DNA from: Antedon mediterranea
Lineage: Eukaryota > Animalia > Echinodermata
DNA length: 64,000 nucleotides
Assembly (NCBI RefSeq): GCF_964355755.1
Contig: NC_092672.1
Span: 17,745,237 to 17,809,236, forward strand
Direction of reading: 5' to 3'
Position 1 is the stretch's first letter. Each line of letters opens with the position of its first letter. A model generated the notes under the pieces. The model made no database searches. It saw nothing but the letters and a program-made list of their open reading frames with translations, and was not told the DNA's origin. Made by a program: the position numbers and the translations under genes. Below are positions 38,882 through 51,399 of the stretch, piece after piece.

Positions 38882-41879
38882 GAGAATAAAACTTTTATAA
38901 TAGAGAGAAGAAACTTATGTGATATAGCCAGAACAGACTGTATTACATTGAATATTGAAATAAAACTGTGTCTGGGCAAAACCATTTACAGTATACTGTT
39001 TGTAAGTTCTGTGACTGTGTGACATCCTGCTGCTAGGACTATAGTAACGGATACACTAAAACACAACCGTTGTACAAGTGTACCACACACGATCAGACTA
39101 TATTGAACATTCCTACTTTGCTACAGCAATAAAAATTGCAGAACTAAAAAATGTTTAGAAAAAAAAACATTACCTTCTTTTTATCATTATGCATAGAATA
39201 AATAGGATGTAATCAAAGTATTGCCACTATGTTATTTTTTAGCCCTGAACACAACTACTATATAGAGCTGTTGAAATTTTGTGATGAGAATCTTATTGAC
39301 GTTGCTGATTTTGGACTCTAAAGGCCCGTGTACACTAGAACGATAACGATAAATAGATAAACATTCATTTTTAAAGACTTCTGGTCGAACATTTAAAAAT
39401 AACAATAGCAGTTCTACTGACAATATCAACAACACTCACGGTAATCAGGAAGTGTGCATTATCAGGAGTTATTGAATTGTGTCAATAATGATTCAGATAA
39501 AAACTAGAAAGCCACTCCGAGAGTGCATACCTCCGCCTACTGTAAAATTCTCCTAAATAAGATTTCTCCAGTAAAAAAAAAAATATATTATTTGTGTGTG
39601 TCTTATCTTAATGCGGTTTGTGATTTAGGCTAATTTCACTACAAGCATGTGAATGCGAGTGACTACAATAGAACAGCAATGCGAAAATCAAACGAGTGAA
39701 TTTGAAAAGAAATTGGTTTTTAAACTACACTTATTTTTATAAAAAAACGTACACATTAAATAAAATTATGTTTAAAAGTTACAAATCACAAGTTATAACT
39801 CTTGCCTCTTGTACAAAAATAAAGTTTTTTAGACAAGTAGTTCTCGAGTAAATGCAATTTCAGTTTACTTGTTATTTTAAGACTGCTCGCCAGCTTTTGA
39901 ACAATTCTGTCCTATCTTTTAACACTAGCAAGTCTGAAAAGTAAACTAAAAGTGGTCCAGAATTGGGACCATGGTCCCAAAATTTAATGGAATGGTCCTT
40001 GACCACATATCTATCTGTATATTCATTTTGGTAAAGATCGTGTACCGCATATTTTGGTGTATAAATCGCACTTTTGACACGCAAATTTGACCTCTAACAC
40101 CGAACACAAATGCCTCACCACACAGATTGTACATAATCGTCACCTCGTTGGCGCGGCTAGGCCTGAGTAGGCTAGCTACAGTGTAATAACGCAACGGCAT
40201 TTTACCGTGATGTTATACTAAATATGATGAAAAGATTTGTTCATTATAGAGCTGTTTTAGGCGCTCCGATAAAATTTCATTTGTAAACGTTTACGATTGG
40301 AATGTATTTATTTATAGTTATACGCACGATCGATCGCCCACCGCCGTACCCCTAGCGCAAGCCCTTCTTGGCGGCCACATGGTGTACGGTATTCGACTAG
40401 GATATTCTCCAGATTATAGCATGGACCTAGAGTATACACTTCTCGGATACATAGATACTAATCGAATACGATTGTCCGTGAAAACGTGCGCCCTCTCGAA
40501 ATGATCGAGCGAGGCTAGCCCACACACGTGCGTGTTACACACACGGTCATGAACTCGATGTTGTGGGTGCGAAACTCATGAATAACAAGTTAGAAAAAAC
40601 TTGTTGAGGCTGGGCGCGGCCGAGCCTAGGTATGAAAAAACCTAAATAAAGGACGCCGTTGTAGATATAACAAAATATATTATTACAATATATTGATTAC
40701 AATTTAATAAAAAATTGTTTTGATGAAATATAAGGTGCGTCTTATACATCGACGATATAAAAAATACCGATATTTTACTCTCAGTTAGGGAGCGTGCCCA
40801 AATGTTTTTACTCCGTTAATAGACTTTTAAATGCGTTAATAATATGCAAAACGTTAATGAGTTGGACGGTCTGTACTCAGCAGAGCGTATCATGGTTAAT
40901 ACTGTACAATGAAATTGAATTTACTATCTAACGCGTACAACGGAAGAACAACGTCCGTTGTTTTCGTCCGTTAAACGCCGACCTAACAGATCGTTTTTAT
41001 ATTCGTTAAACGCTCATTTAACGGACCCTTGTACTGACAATATCACACCATACATTACAGAGTTCAATACAATAATATCTAATAATAATATGAAGATCGA
41101 CGGCAATTGCTGTAGAAAGGGCCTTGAAACTGCAGATGATGTTGTGGTAAACCGTCATTTCGACGGCAAAAAAAATGCTGTTAAAACAACCTTACCCAAC
41201 ATTAAATTATAAGCATCTACAATTCCATAATTTTTGTTGAACATTTTCAACTTATAGAACATTCCTATAATATACTAATTTTTTTTTTTAGCATGCTTGA
41301 CGTTAATTCCTTTTTTATTTTTTACCCTGTACACTTGACCGAAAAAAAAAAAATGGCGAAATTGTAAACACGGATAAAACCCCGACTGTCGTATCGATAG
41401 TATCAGCATGTATAGCCTTTATGGACGATGGTATGGACCAAACAATATAGAAACCGGTCGCCTTCTATCTAGAGCTAAAACATTTACTGACTGTAGCTGC
41501 CACGCGAGTAGTAGAAGTGTGTCCAAAAACAGAGGAGGAAACTTTGGGCGATATGACGTCACATTATTAGCAAGCACATGGTTTTTTATCACCGCGAAGC
41601 GATGTACAACACGCACCACGGTGTTTTTGGCAGCCTCCGTGATGCTGCTGCAAGGGTGTCATGTTTATTACAAAATACAAAAAAAAACTGTGTACATTAA
41701 CAATTATTGTATCTATTTAGGCCTAAATGGTGTAATAGGCAAAACACTTATACAGTATATATATAAAATAAATATATAAAAACAATGTGCAATTGCCTTC
41801 TTGCAGTAGGGAGGCGTCGCAAAAAAGGGAATTCCCCTATTTGCTCTCAACCAAGCGCGAATTTACTATTCAGTGCGTT

Positions 41880-42962
41880 GTTCTGTTAAACGCCGAGTTA
41901 ACGGACGATAGATGACAGTATATAGAGTATGCATCATTCGAATACCCATCATTCTCGGAGTTTACTGAGTTTTTGTGTCCGTTAAACGCCGAGCTAATGG
42001 ACGATAGTATTAAAATGACAGCATAATATAGAGTATAGCATCATTCCACAGGTTATATTACTGAGTTTTTGTGTCCGTTAAACGCCGAGCTAACGGACGA
42101 TAGTAATAAATGACAGATAGAGTATAGCATCATTCCACAATTTACTGAGTTTTTGTGTCCGTTAAACGCCGAGTTTACGGACGATAGTATTGAATGACAG
42201 CTGCATATAGAGTATACCATCATTCCACAGTATACTGGGTTTTTGAGTCCGTTAAACGCCGAGCTAACGGACGATAGTATTGAATGACAGTATTATATAG
42301 CATCATATTCCACAGTTTTACTGAGTTTTTGAGTCCGTTAAATGCCGAGTTTACGGACGATAGTATTAAATGACAGTAGGCCTATTATATAGAGTGTACA
42401 GTAGTATCATTCTACAGTTTACTGAGTTTTTGTGTCCGTTAAACGCCGACAGCATATAGAGTATAGCATCATTCCACAGTATACTCATGGAGCTATACAA
42501 TTTTATAGCTCCATGGTATACTGTATTGAGTTTTTGTGTCCGTTAAACGCCGAGCTAACGGCGGACGATAGTATTGAATTACAATAGAGTAGCATCATTC
42601 CACAATTTACTGAGTTTTTGTGTCCGTTAAACGCCGAGCTAACGGACGATAGTATTGAATGACAGCATATAGAGTATAGCATCATTCCACAGGTTACTGA
42701 GTTTTTGTGTCCGTTAAACGCCGATCTAACGGACGATAGTATTGAATTACAGTAGAGTAGCATCATTCCACAATCTACTGAGTTTTTGTGTCCGTTAAAC
42801 GCCGATCTAACGGACGATAGTATTAAATGACAGCATACAGAGTATAGCATTATTCCACAGGTTACTGAGTGTTTGTGTCCGTTAAACGCCTGATCTAACA
42901 GACGATAGTATTGAATGACAGTAGGCCTATATAGAGTAGCATTATTCCACAGTACTGAGGTT
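41880..42962. repeat. Tandem array, ~87-bp unit, ~12 copies, inside the Harbinger element
   Basis: GTCCGTTAAACGCCGAGCTAACGGAC hairpin core at 41977, 42073, 42157, 42247, 42333 and onward. Confidence 0.95.
42486..42515. mobile_element. 30-bp palindrome with 7-bp TSD (P-type excision footprint)
   Basis: GTATACT-[CATGGAGCTATACAA TTTTATAGCTCCATG]-GTATACT; a sister array unit carries a single GTATACT (42230). Confidence 0.85.
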
Positions 42963-44114
42963 TTATGTCATATACAAATAACAATAAATCTGGGGAAAAG
43001 GCAGAATCCCAGAAAGATACAGGATCTTTGGTTGCTTATGCAGATTGCAATCAGCACATTTTTTTCCATGAGAAGAATTCCTGGTGTTAAATAAAGTTTT
43101 CGAAATCCATGTTCTTCACAGTCTGAACTGATACAGTAAATTATTAAAAAAAATATTGTCTAAAGTGCAAATCTATATTTGATTGTTTAATTAATGAAAT
43201 GTTATGGATAAGAGTTGAAACCGTCACAAAATGGCTCAGTCAAAGCAAAATTATTTAACAATTTTAACGAGAGGAGGAGCTTATCTTTCTAGGCTTTCTT
43301 TGTTATTAATTGTTTATAGTATGTAATCTAAACAATAGCTACGCGATTGTCTGCCGGTGTACGTTAATGGCGGTGTACTTTTAACGAATCGTTCATCGCG
43401 TCAATATCATGTTACATCCAGGGATCAAAAATGCGTATTTTTTTTCAGGTGAAAGTCGGCTATTAGAAATTTAGACACGTGTCGCCCGACGTACCAGGCT
43501 AAAAAATACCATGAATTGCATCGTAAATAGTATGCTTAGACCTATATATTTTTATTTTACCGTGTAGGCCTAGGCCTATATATATTTTTATTTTACGGTA
43601 GGCCTAGGATACAGTATTATACATGATTATTTTAATAAATATAATTATATACGTTGTTACAACGCGTTGTAACAACAATGACCGGACTGCTAATAACCCG
43701 TTATTTTGAGTCATCATATGATTTCACGCAACATACCATAACAAGGACTGTTAATAACGCGTTCGTTCGAATCATCGTTACGCAACACTGAACAGCATTT
43801 CCGGTCTCCCGTTAATTACGCGTTAAACAATGGAGTGATAACAACAGCATAGTAGCTAGTAAAGGGAGGGCTTGATATGCCTCACTGAACACGCCCAACC
43901 ACATTTAAATTAGCTTGCATATAACGGTAAATCGTTAAACTAGTTGCGTTACAACAAGTTTAACGGAGTAAAAACATTTGGGCACGCTCCCTTAGGGGGT
44001 GCGTCTTATACACAGGTGCGACTTATACACCGAAATATACGGTAATTACTTTTTGAGTAATCCTGCTAACAAACAAACACATGCTACCGATTACATATTG
44101 GCGGAGGTAAATTA

Positions 44115-44603
44115 GCAGAGCTTTTGGTTAACACTAGACTTTCATCAGTGCAAGTGAGCATACTTGGATAAAAGAAATAAGACAAAGGAGGCATAGGCTG
44201 GTGAATAGAGGGTGGAGAGAGTAAGAGTAGAAAACAAAGAAGATAGCTTGGTAGATATACACAATTTTGGAATAGAACTTTAAAAAAACAGCTTAAATGG
44301 TGGTTAAAATTGTAACGTAAATTTAGGTGGTCAATGGAATAATTTTACCGATCTGGGAGTATGTTCTTAAAGTCCTAAAGGCCAAAAGGTTTTCAGTAGT
44401 AATTCCCAGTGATTTTCTTTGTCTTTGTGAGTTTTGTCGTTCCATTTGACATCATGGTCTATTGCAATAAGTCTGAAATTTGCAATCGAGTGACCATCTG
44501 AATTAAAATGTTTGGCTACAGGTTGATAAGCTTTAATGTTTTTATAGCTGATCTGTGTTATATCATTCTCATACAGAGAGTGCTTTATGTTTCTCCGACG
44601 TAC
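44115..44603 (-). mobile_element. Penelope-like element 3' part: GIY-YIG endonuclease remnant, 3' UTR and degenerate hammerhead
   Basis: YVGET...HRSAIK and QPVAKHFNSDGHSIANFRLIAID; CTGATGA core at 44142-44148. Confidence 0.8.
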
Positions 44604-44974
44604 TCAGGGGTGGATACAGGATTTTGTGAAAGGGGGAGAGGCGTAACTGTAGAGAGTCGACACCAACTCAACTGTGGCTGAGTTGAGGGGATGTTGAAAA
44701 TATGACACATCTAGATGGTTGGAAATGGCACCCCTAAATCTGCTCCTGGAACTGTTTACCACAATATTACAGTATATGAGTTAAATAACGTTAAGTTAGA
44801 CAATTAATTGATTGTCATTTCCTAAAAATGCGTCCAGTTTGATTGCTCTTAAATTTTTCTTTTTTGAGTCAACCAATGAACAAGTTTTGCAAGATTTGCC
44901 TCACGGTGACTGCTCAAATTTCGGCTGTTGTTTAGATCTAATTAATATGTCATGAAGGTCTACGAAATATATTT

Positions 44975-45090
44975 ATTAATTAATTAATTTGAAATGATAA
45001 GATGAGGAAATCTGTAAGAATGAACAAAAATCGAGATTCGAAACCGGAACCTTCTGCTTGATATGCAGATGTCCTAACCATTAGCACTGG
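44975..45090 (-). mobile_element. tRNA-derived SINE-like repeat; body fragments in both orientations at 45255-45520 and 49885-50195
   Basis: Minus strand TGCTAATGGTTAGGACATCTGCATATCAAGCAGAAGGTTCCGGTTTCGAATC has A/B boxes and an anticodon stem. GATGAGGAAATCTG and AAACCGCCCGGTGATA recur. Confidence 0.7.
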
Positions 45091-45527
45091 TATTGTTCAA
45101 ACCCGATTGGATAGCGACTCTTAAACACTCTTGGCATTGTACGGCGGAACAGCACTAGTCCCTCAATTGTATGCACAGGCAAATTGATGCGCCCTCATCT
45201 ATCAGTATTTTTATTCACAAAGTGGAATCTCCAAGAAGATATTTTATATACCGTATATATAAACACAACAGGCATAGAACAAATTCTAAACCGCCCGGTG
45301 ATATACTGAAAATGAATTAATTAATTTGAAACGATAAGATGAGGAAAATCTGTAAGAATGAGAAAAAGCTGCCCCAACCAAGAAATATTACAAATTTCCT
45401 TGTTGAAAATTATATATATAAATTAATTAATTAAATTTCAGTATATCACCGGGTTGTTTATATATATATATATAAACCGGGCGGTTTAGAATGAATGTTC
45501 TTTGCCTCTTGTGTTTATATATATTAT

Positions 45528-47430
45528 CAGGGCTCGCAGAATCCTAAAATATTTGGTTGCCCTTCGGGCAAGTAGGTTTTAGATTTTGGTTGCCCTCATC
45601 ATTTTTTTACTTGCCCACTATTTCAACTTAATTTTAACGTTTTATACCGCGACTGCACCGCGAAAAAACGTCGGTGAAAAACGCCTATGCTTAATACACT
45701 GTGGTGTTTTTTTCGATGGATTTTAAAGTAGTGAAAACAATTTTTCAAATTTTTTCAATTACACAGTGATGTAGGCCAATCTTTTAAGAACATTTTACAG
45801 TAATTTATTTTCTCATACGATCCTCCGTACAAGAGTTGCGATTGTTTAATTAACATGGTGTCCTGAAATCCCTTGAAAACGCTATGTTATTTCTGTTGGT
45901 TACGCTTCGTTGCACGGCATTGTTTGTCATCGATCGAAGATGTGTTCCGTTTCGTGAATGAAAAAGGCGTATTCACGTGGGTTTACTTTGGGAGCAAAAA
46001 CGTTTTGCTTCTATTGTGCAATGAAATTCCGAAATCAAGCTATTTTGCGATATTTAAAATGTAGTGGCCTAGACATGGCACTAATTATCTTACAATTATT
46101 TAATAGATATATCTAAAATATTGCCTATAGAAATGTAGGCCTCCTAGGCCTAAAAAGTTTAAACAAAGTACTTATGAAGGTGATGAGCTTGTAACGCGTT
46201 GAAATCATAGAGAAAAAAAAAAAAACAAACATCAACTGACGTCCGTCTACGTGACGTGAAACAATACGCATGCGTATAGCAAAAAAACTCACAGCAGCTG
46301 CAGCCGTACGTAGTAGGAGCACATGGGTACGGTGTGTGGAGAGTGCGGGCTTGTGGAAGTTTACTTGTTGTTTCAGTAGAAGCTCGCACAGGTTGGATAA
46401 AAACAACCATCTGCTCGTACAAGTTTGTGATTGAAAACAACACAAGGGAACTGTGCCGAATTGTGGTGAAAACCACGTGCTCCGCCAAGTTGGAGTTTTT
46501 GAAAGTTCAACTCTCGGCGATACCCGAAGAAGTGTATTATTTTCAATGTTGATAATAAAAAATATACTGTAACTATTTAAGTATTCAATGTATTTATTAA
46601 ATAAATTATTAGGCCTATTAAATTTATATTCTGTAATATTTATAAAAAAAATGGTAGGCCTACTTGCCTGTGTTAAAAACATCGGCCGGTGCCTATTTGG
46701 CACAGACAATTAAAATTACGTATCTATTATAATTTAATAATATACTGTATTTTCAATACAACTGTACATTTGAACAATAATTACAGTAATTCAGCAAATT
46801 ATTTATTACACACAAAATACATGAATGTAATTAAACATAGGCCTAATCTACTATCAGGCTGTAGGCCACATAATTAATACTAAGTAGTAGATTCAGATTT
46901 TATTACCACCGTAAAATGATGTCGATAATTGAGAAAAACAAAAACATACTAGCCCCTATTTTATTTGGTTTATAGTATAACTAGGGAGTTGTTAATTAGA
47001 AACTCCCTGGTATAATAACTTCAAATAAGTTAAAAGCCGAGAGTTCAACGCTTCCTATTTCGCGATCAATGGATGCCGCAAAAGACCGCGTGCTATATGA
47101 CAGACCTGGAAACTCCATACGCAACGACTTGATACGCCCGACTGCATAGAAACACATGTTTTGGCTCCTGGAGATAACGTTCCATACCACCGAATTCCGA
47201 TCCATACATTTACTTAACAAACACTACACTGGTCTCGACGTCAAGAGAATTCGTTCGTGCGCGACTATTATTTTCATTGTTACAGTTTTTCACAACCCCT
47301 GTAAAACATCGTGGACATTTTCGGTGATTTTAAGAGGTTGCCCGTCGGGACATGACATATTAAATTTTAGTTGCCCGACGTATTTATTTGGTTGCCGCGG
47401 GACGTCGGGCAAGCGATTCTGCGAGCCCTG
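45528..47430. mobile_element. hAT non-autonomous element
   Basis: Perfect 16-bp TIR CAGGGCTCGCAGAATC, subterminal TTGCCC/CGGGCA repeats, inserted in (TA)n. Possible decayed CxxC...KH zinc-finger remnant on the minus strand ~47150-47230. Confidence 0.85.
46982..47009. mobile_element. 28-bp degenerate footprint of the same family as 19792
   Basis: GTATAAC-[TAGGGAGTTGTTAATTAGAAACTCCCTG]-GTATAAT. Confidence 0.65.
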
Positions 47431-47489
47431 TATATATATAAAAAAAAATCAAGATCAAATAAGTTAAAACTGCCTCAATATAGATTTAT

Positions 47490-47530
47490 TTTAACGACAT
47501 GTTTCGGGCATAGCCCATCATCAGGTGAAA
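47490..47530 (-). ncRNA. Minimal type I hammerhead ribozyme
   Basis: uuucac CUGAUGA U GGGC uau GCCC GAAAC AU GUC guuaaa: intact core, stem II and palindromic stem III (ACAUGU). Confidence 0.8.
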
Positions 47531-47595
47531 AGAATTGTAACAAAGGATAACATATATGTCACAAAATTACATAATAAAACAAATCAGCCAATCAA

Positions 47596-47597
<2 letters not shown>

Positions 47598-47645
<48 letters not shown>
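47598..47645. repeat. (TA)n microsatellite
   Basis: About 24 uninterrupted TA units. Confidence 0.95.
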
Positions 47646-47647
<2 letters not shown>

Positions 47648-47690
47648 AAAGGCAAATTACTGAAAAAAATGACAATGCTGTGGGTATCAG

Positions 47691-49722
47691 TAGGTATCCC
47701 AATGAAAGCGCACAGAGGGGTATCACTTTTGAAATATTGACGAAATTCGAAAAAGTAGTATGACTTTGATGTTAAATAAATCGTATTCAATCTTAATTAA
47801 TACTTACAAAATTTATATTGTTTGAAAGTACTTGTTTTAATCTATGTATAAGTGGGTTTATAATTAAAATTAATGAATTAGTTGCCGAGAAAATGCGATT
47901 TTAAAACGGTTCTAAAATCCCGTCGAGCCGATTTCCGTGCGTTGAAAACCTCATCGGAAAATCCCCATCAGTTTTCAAAACACGATCGCACGATTACCAT
48001 TGAAGCTAGCGGATTAATTTTTGTTGTATGTTATCAGGCTTTAAATAAGCTTTAATTTGATACGAAAATCGACTTCTATAAATAGGTTTTTCGTAACGAA
48101 AAGTCAATTTTTGTGACAAAAATCCAATTTTGATTCACCGTTTATGGAAAAATATTATGGATTTTGGTATTAAATTATAGCTAAATCTACATTGAAATCG
48201 ATAAAACATAGTTTACAAACGTATTGTGCATGGTAATTGTGCGAACTACATTTTAAAATGGTGCATGAGGCGTAAATCCCGTTCAAAATTTTAAAGATCC
48301 AACCATTATAATCCGGTGAATATTGTAGTGAGTAAAATATTGTACTCTAAAATACGCGCGCGTTTGTTGTGGCGTTTTCCGTTAAATACATTAATGCACC
48401 CTATTAGCGAATGGTACGTTCCATATTTTGAACACGTTGTTTAGTTTTCCTCGCTCGAGTTCGACCGGCTCGACGCGAGATGTGTGACAGCAGCGATGTC
48501 GGCGATTGACATGTCCTTTTCCGTCGTAGAATATCTGGTTTTATACATTAATTTAACAACTTAAAATTGATGTAATGTGCGGAAGATTTATTATGCAAGT
48601 ATACAATGCAAATGCGTTAGGTTAAAATGTACCGAAGAAATTTATTAAGCTAATTTAGCAACGTTACATTTGACTCTGTATACGGCGGTCGAAAGTCATT
48701 AACTGCGACCGAAATACTTTAACGGGAGCGACTACTGATCGCGAGTAAGCCGTGACTTGGCCTAAACTTTAGCTCCGTATTTCAATTTTATAACGTAATA
48801 ATACGAAAAGAAAACAATTTTTATAATGTTATACTGTATATACTATTCAGGTAAACAATTAATTGTTTTAATTAACATTGGTTATTTTAAATGAGTTTAT
48901 TTTGACCCATATTGTGCGTTTGCCTTAAAAGAGCATATCTTACTTAGCAGCCCGGCTTAGATTTGGTGTCATAATCATACGGGCCTAAAATCTTGTTTTA
49001 CGTATTCAAAAGTTATATATAATAGTATTTATGATTGAAATTATAAATATAAAGTATATTAAAATATTCTAATAATTATACTTACCGAAAATTAGTGTAA
49101 AAGAAAGGAAACAGTACACACCGTTTTTAACATACTTTTTCATTTTTTTTTTTTTATAATTTTAAATTTCACCATTAAAAAAATTTTTTTTTTTCATATA
49201 CACATCTAAAATATATTTATTAATGAAATATACACTACATTCTAACAAGTACAAAAAAAATTAAATGAATTAGTACAATAGTTCAAAAGTTACAGATCAT
49301 TGAAAAATTGCAGTTTTTTCATTTGTTTAGGGAATTCCAGCAAAAATGGGCACTAAATGCTTTCCTACCACTTTGCGGACCAATAATTTAAAAAATAGGT
49401 TTCGTTGAGGCTCCAAAAAAAATAGAGTTGTACAACTCTGTGATATCTATAGGTTTAACAAAATTCAAAACTTTTAACTAATTATTGTAAAAGTTATAAC
49501 CTTTTAAAAATGCTTCCAATTTCAACTGCAAAAAACACCATTTTTAGGCAAAAAATCGTATATTTTTTTACCACTTTAAATGACCATAACTTTAGAACGG
49601 GTAATCGGATTTCAATCATTTAAATTGCAAAATTCTAATTACATTAAGTTCTTTATGGTTAACTGAAAGAAAAAGTAATTTAATTAAGTAAATTAATCTG
49701 AATTTTTTCATTGGGATACCTA
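47691..49722. mobile_element. Non-autonomous TIR element with 7-bp TSD (hATw-like)
   Basis: Perfect 17-bp TIR TAGGTATCCCAATGAAA; TSD GTATCAG at 47684 and 49723. Confidence 0.85.
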
Positions 49723-49808
49723 GTATCAGTGGCTGGATCTCAATGGAGATACAAAAATAAAAAGCGAAAAGCTAAATCAAACGATAAAGTAAACAGCCAG
49801 AAAAGTCA

Positions 49809-49845
49809 GCAGAGCTTTCGGGCAACACTAGCCCTTCATCAGTGC
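49809..49845 (-). ncRNA. Minimal type I hammerhead ribozyme (Penelope-associated)
   Basis: gca CUGAUGA A GGGC uaguguu GCCC GAAA GC UC ugc: intact core, stems I and II, palindromic stem III AGCU. Same family as 44115. Confidence 0.85.
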
Positions 49846-50555
49846 AAGTGAAGGAATTTGGATAACGTCATAGTATAAAGCTATATATATATATAAACAC
49901 ATTAGGCAAAGAACATTAATTCTAAACCGCCCGGTGATATAGTGATATTTAATTAATTAATTTGAAACAATAAAGAATATATATATATATATAAACACAA
50001 CAGGCATAGAAATAAATTCCAAACCGCCCGGTGATACACTGAAAATTATTTAATTAATTTTTGAAACGATAAAGATGAGGAAATCTGGGAGAATGAGAAA
50101 AAGTCGCCCCAACCTATATATATAACGTTTCAAATTAATTAAATTTCAGTATATCACCGGGCGGTTTAGAATTCGTGTTCTGTGCCTGATGTGTTCATCA
50201 GTGCAAGTGAGCTTACTTGGACAAAGTAAATAGTATAATATATATAGCATAATAAAAAATACTCATTGTCTAAAAATATCCAGTACATTAATTTTAATAA
50301 TAATCTAGGCATCCTATAATAATCCGTAACTTTAAATCTTAAACCACCAAAATGTATTTAGTGTGCCAAATACAAAGCTTAGGCTAGATGGACCATGCAA
50401 TAAAACCTGATGGACAAAAATCGGGTGAGTTGGTAGGTCTGTTATCGCGACCAAATAAAATGATCTGAAAAAACCATTATTTGGCTGATTAATGTATCAA
50501 TGCAGCAGCCCATAGCCTTATTTTTCACTAAACAGTTTTGCTATTTTTTGTTTAG

Positions 50556-50742
50556 AGGTCCAAACAAGTTTAAAAAGAAAGAAGAGACATTTGATAGTGA
50601 TGATGAACGAATGTATAAAGACCTACCTGTACCAGATTTCCAAAGTTCAGTTTACGATGAAATTGATGATTTTCATAAACAAAAGTTAAAGAGGATGAAA
50701 AAGCATATAAAAGAGCAAGAACGTGGAAGTACAGATGATGAG
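50556..50742 (+). CDS. UTP3: UTP3/SAS10 (SSU processome) exon 2
   Basis: GPNKFKKKEETFDSDDE...VYDEIDDFHKQK matches the SAS10 N-terminal D-x-V/I-DDFH motif. Acceptor tttgtttAG, donor GAG|GTTGGT. Confidence 0.85.
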
Positions 50743-51399
50743 GTTGGTCAAAGTATAATATGAATATATGATCCCATTACACTTTTGCTATTATTACCAT
50801 AGACGGCACAAACATGAATAATAAACACTCTCATAGGAAAAACTGACCTTGTGCCAGCCAGTTTTGATCCTAGAATAGTAGTACTCTAGAGTAGGCTTCA
50901 TCTTTGAAAGTTTGTGGTCAATTATAGGTAAAAGTTTACAAACCTCACCACAAACTAGATTTGAACTTGTCACTTTGATAAGTTCGGGTTATCCGTCCAA
51001 ACGCAACATGCACCACATACATTATATGAACGCCGAAAATTATTATGCCATCCAATGACATGAATTAAATATGTTTACAGTGTTGAATTGTACCTATTTT
51101 GTATCATAAAACATAACAGTATTTACGAAATAATCAGTATATGTTATATGCAGTGTAGCAAAGATGAAATTACGAGACCCAATTTTTAACTTGATATCAT
51201 CAAAATGTAATATAAAGATAGCAATTTTATAAGATAATTATCTAAATAATTACATCAATGAAAATTTGAAGAATTTTAGACACAAAAAAGTGAGCTATTT
51301 TAAATGAGGTGAATTTTTACAAAAGAGACTTTTTGAATTCAACTGGCCATATGATAATGTCATGACATCAGATTTTTATAGGAATTTCATTTCTGAAGT

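Larger units (their letters stand above)
40788..43991. mobile_element. Non-autonomous PIF/Harbinger element
   Basis: TIR GGGAGCGTGCCCAAATGTTTT(T)ACTCCGTTAA; TTA TSD at 40785 and 43992. Confidence 0.9.
40045..44042. mobile_element. Tc1/mariner (Tc2-like) MITE
   Basis: TIRs CCG(C/T)ATATTT(T/C)GGTGTATAA(A/G)TCGCAC; TA TSD. Confidence 0.8.
39502..44110 (-). mobile_element. HINE family A copy hosting nested insertions
   Basis: 3' end AACTAGAAAGCCACTCCGAGAGTGCATACCTCCGCC at 39502; 5' end GGCGGAGGTAA at 44100; body matches 8250-8460. Confidence 0.8.

Noticed and set aside
19986-42962. CRISPR-like appearance of the hairpin-containing arrays (106, 131, 98 and 87 bp units)
   Set aside because: The sequence between the hairpins is itself repeated rather than unique spacers, there are no cas genes, and the context is eukaryotic. 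These are satellites.
45032-45090. Possible tRNA gene
   Set aside because: No acceptor stem, and it is joined to a multi-copy repeat body; better explained as a SINE head.
46125-46709. 194-aa and overlapping ORFs inside the hAT element
   Set aside because: No recognisable domain and low-complexity AT-driven composition; likely spurious.
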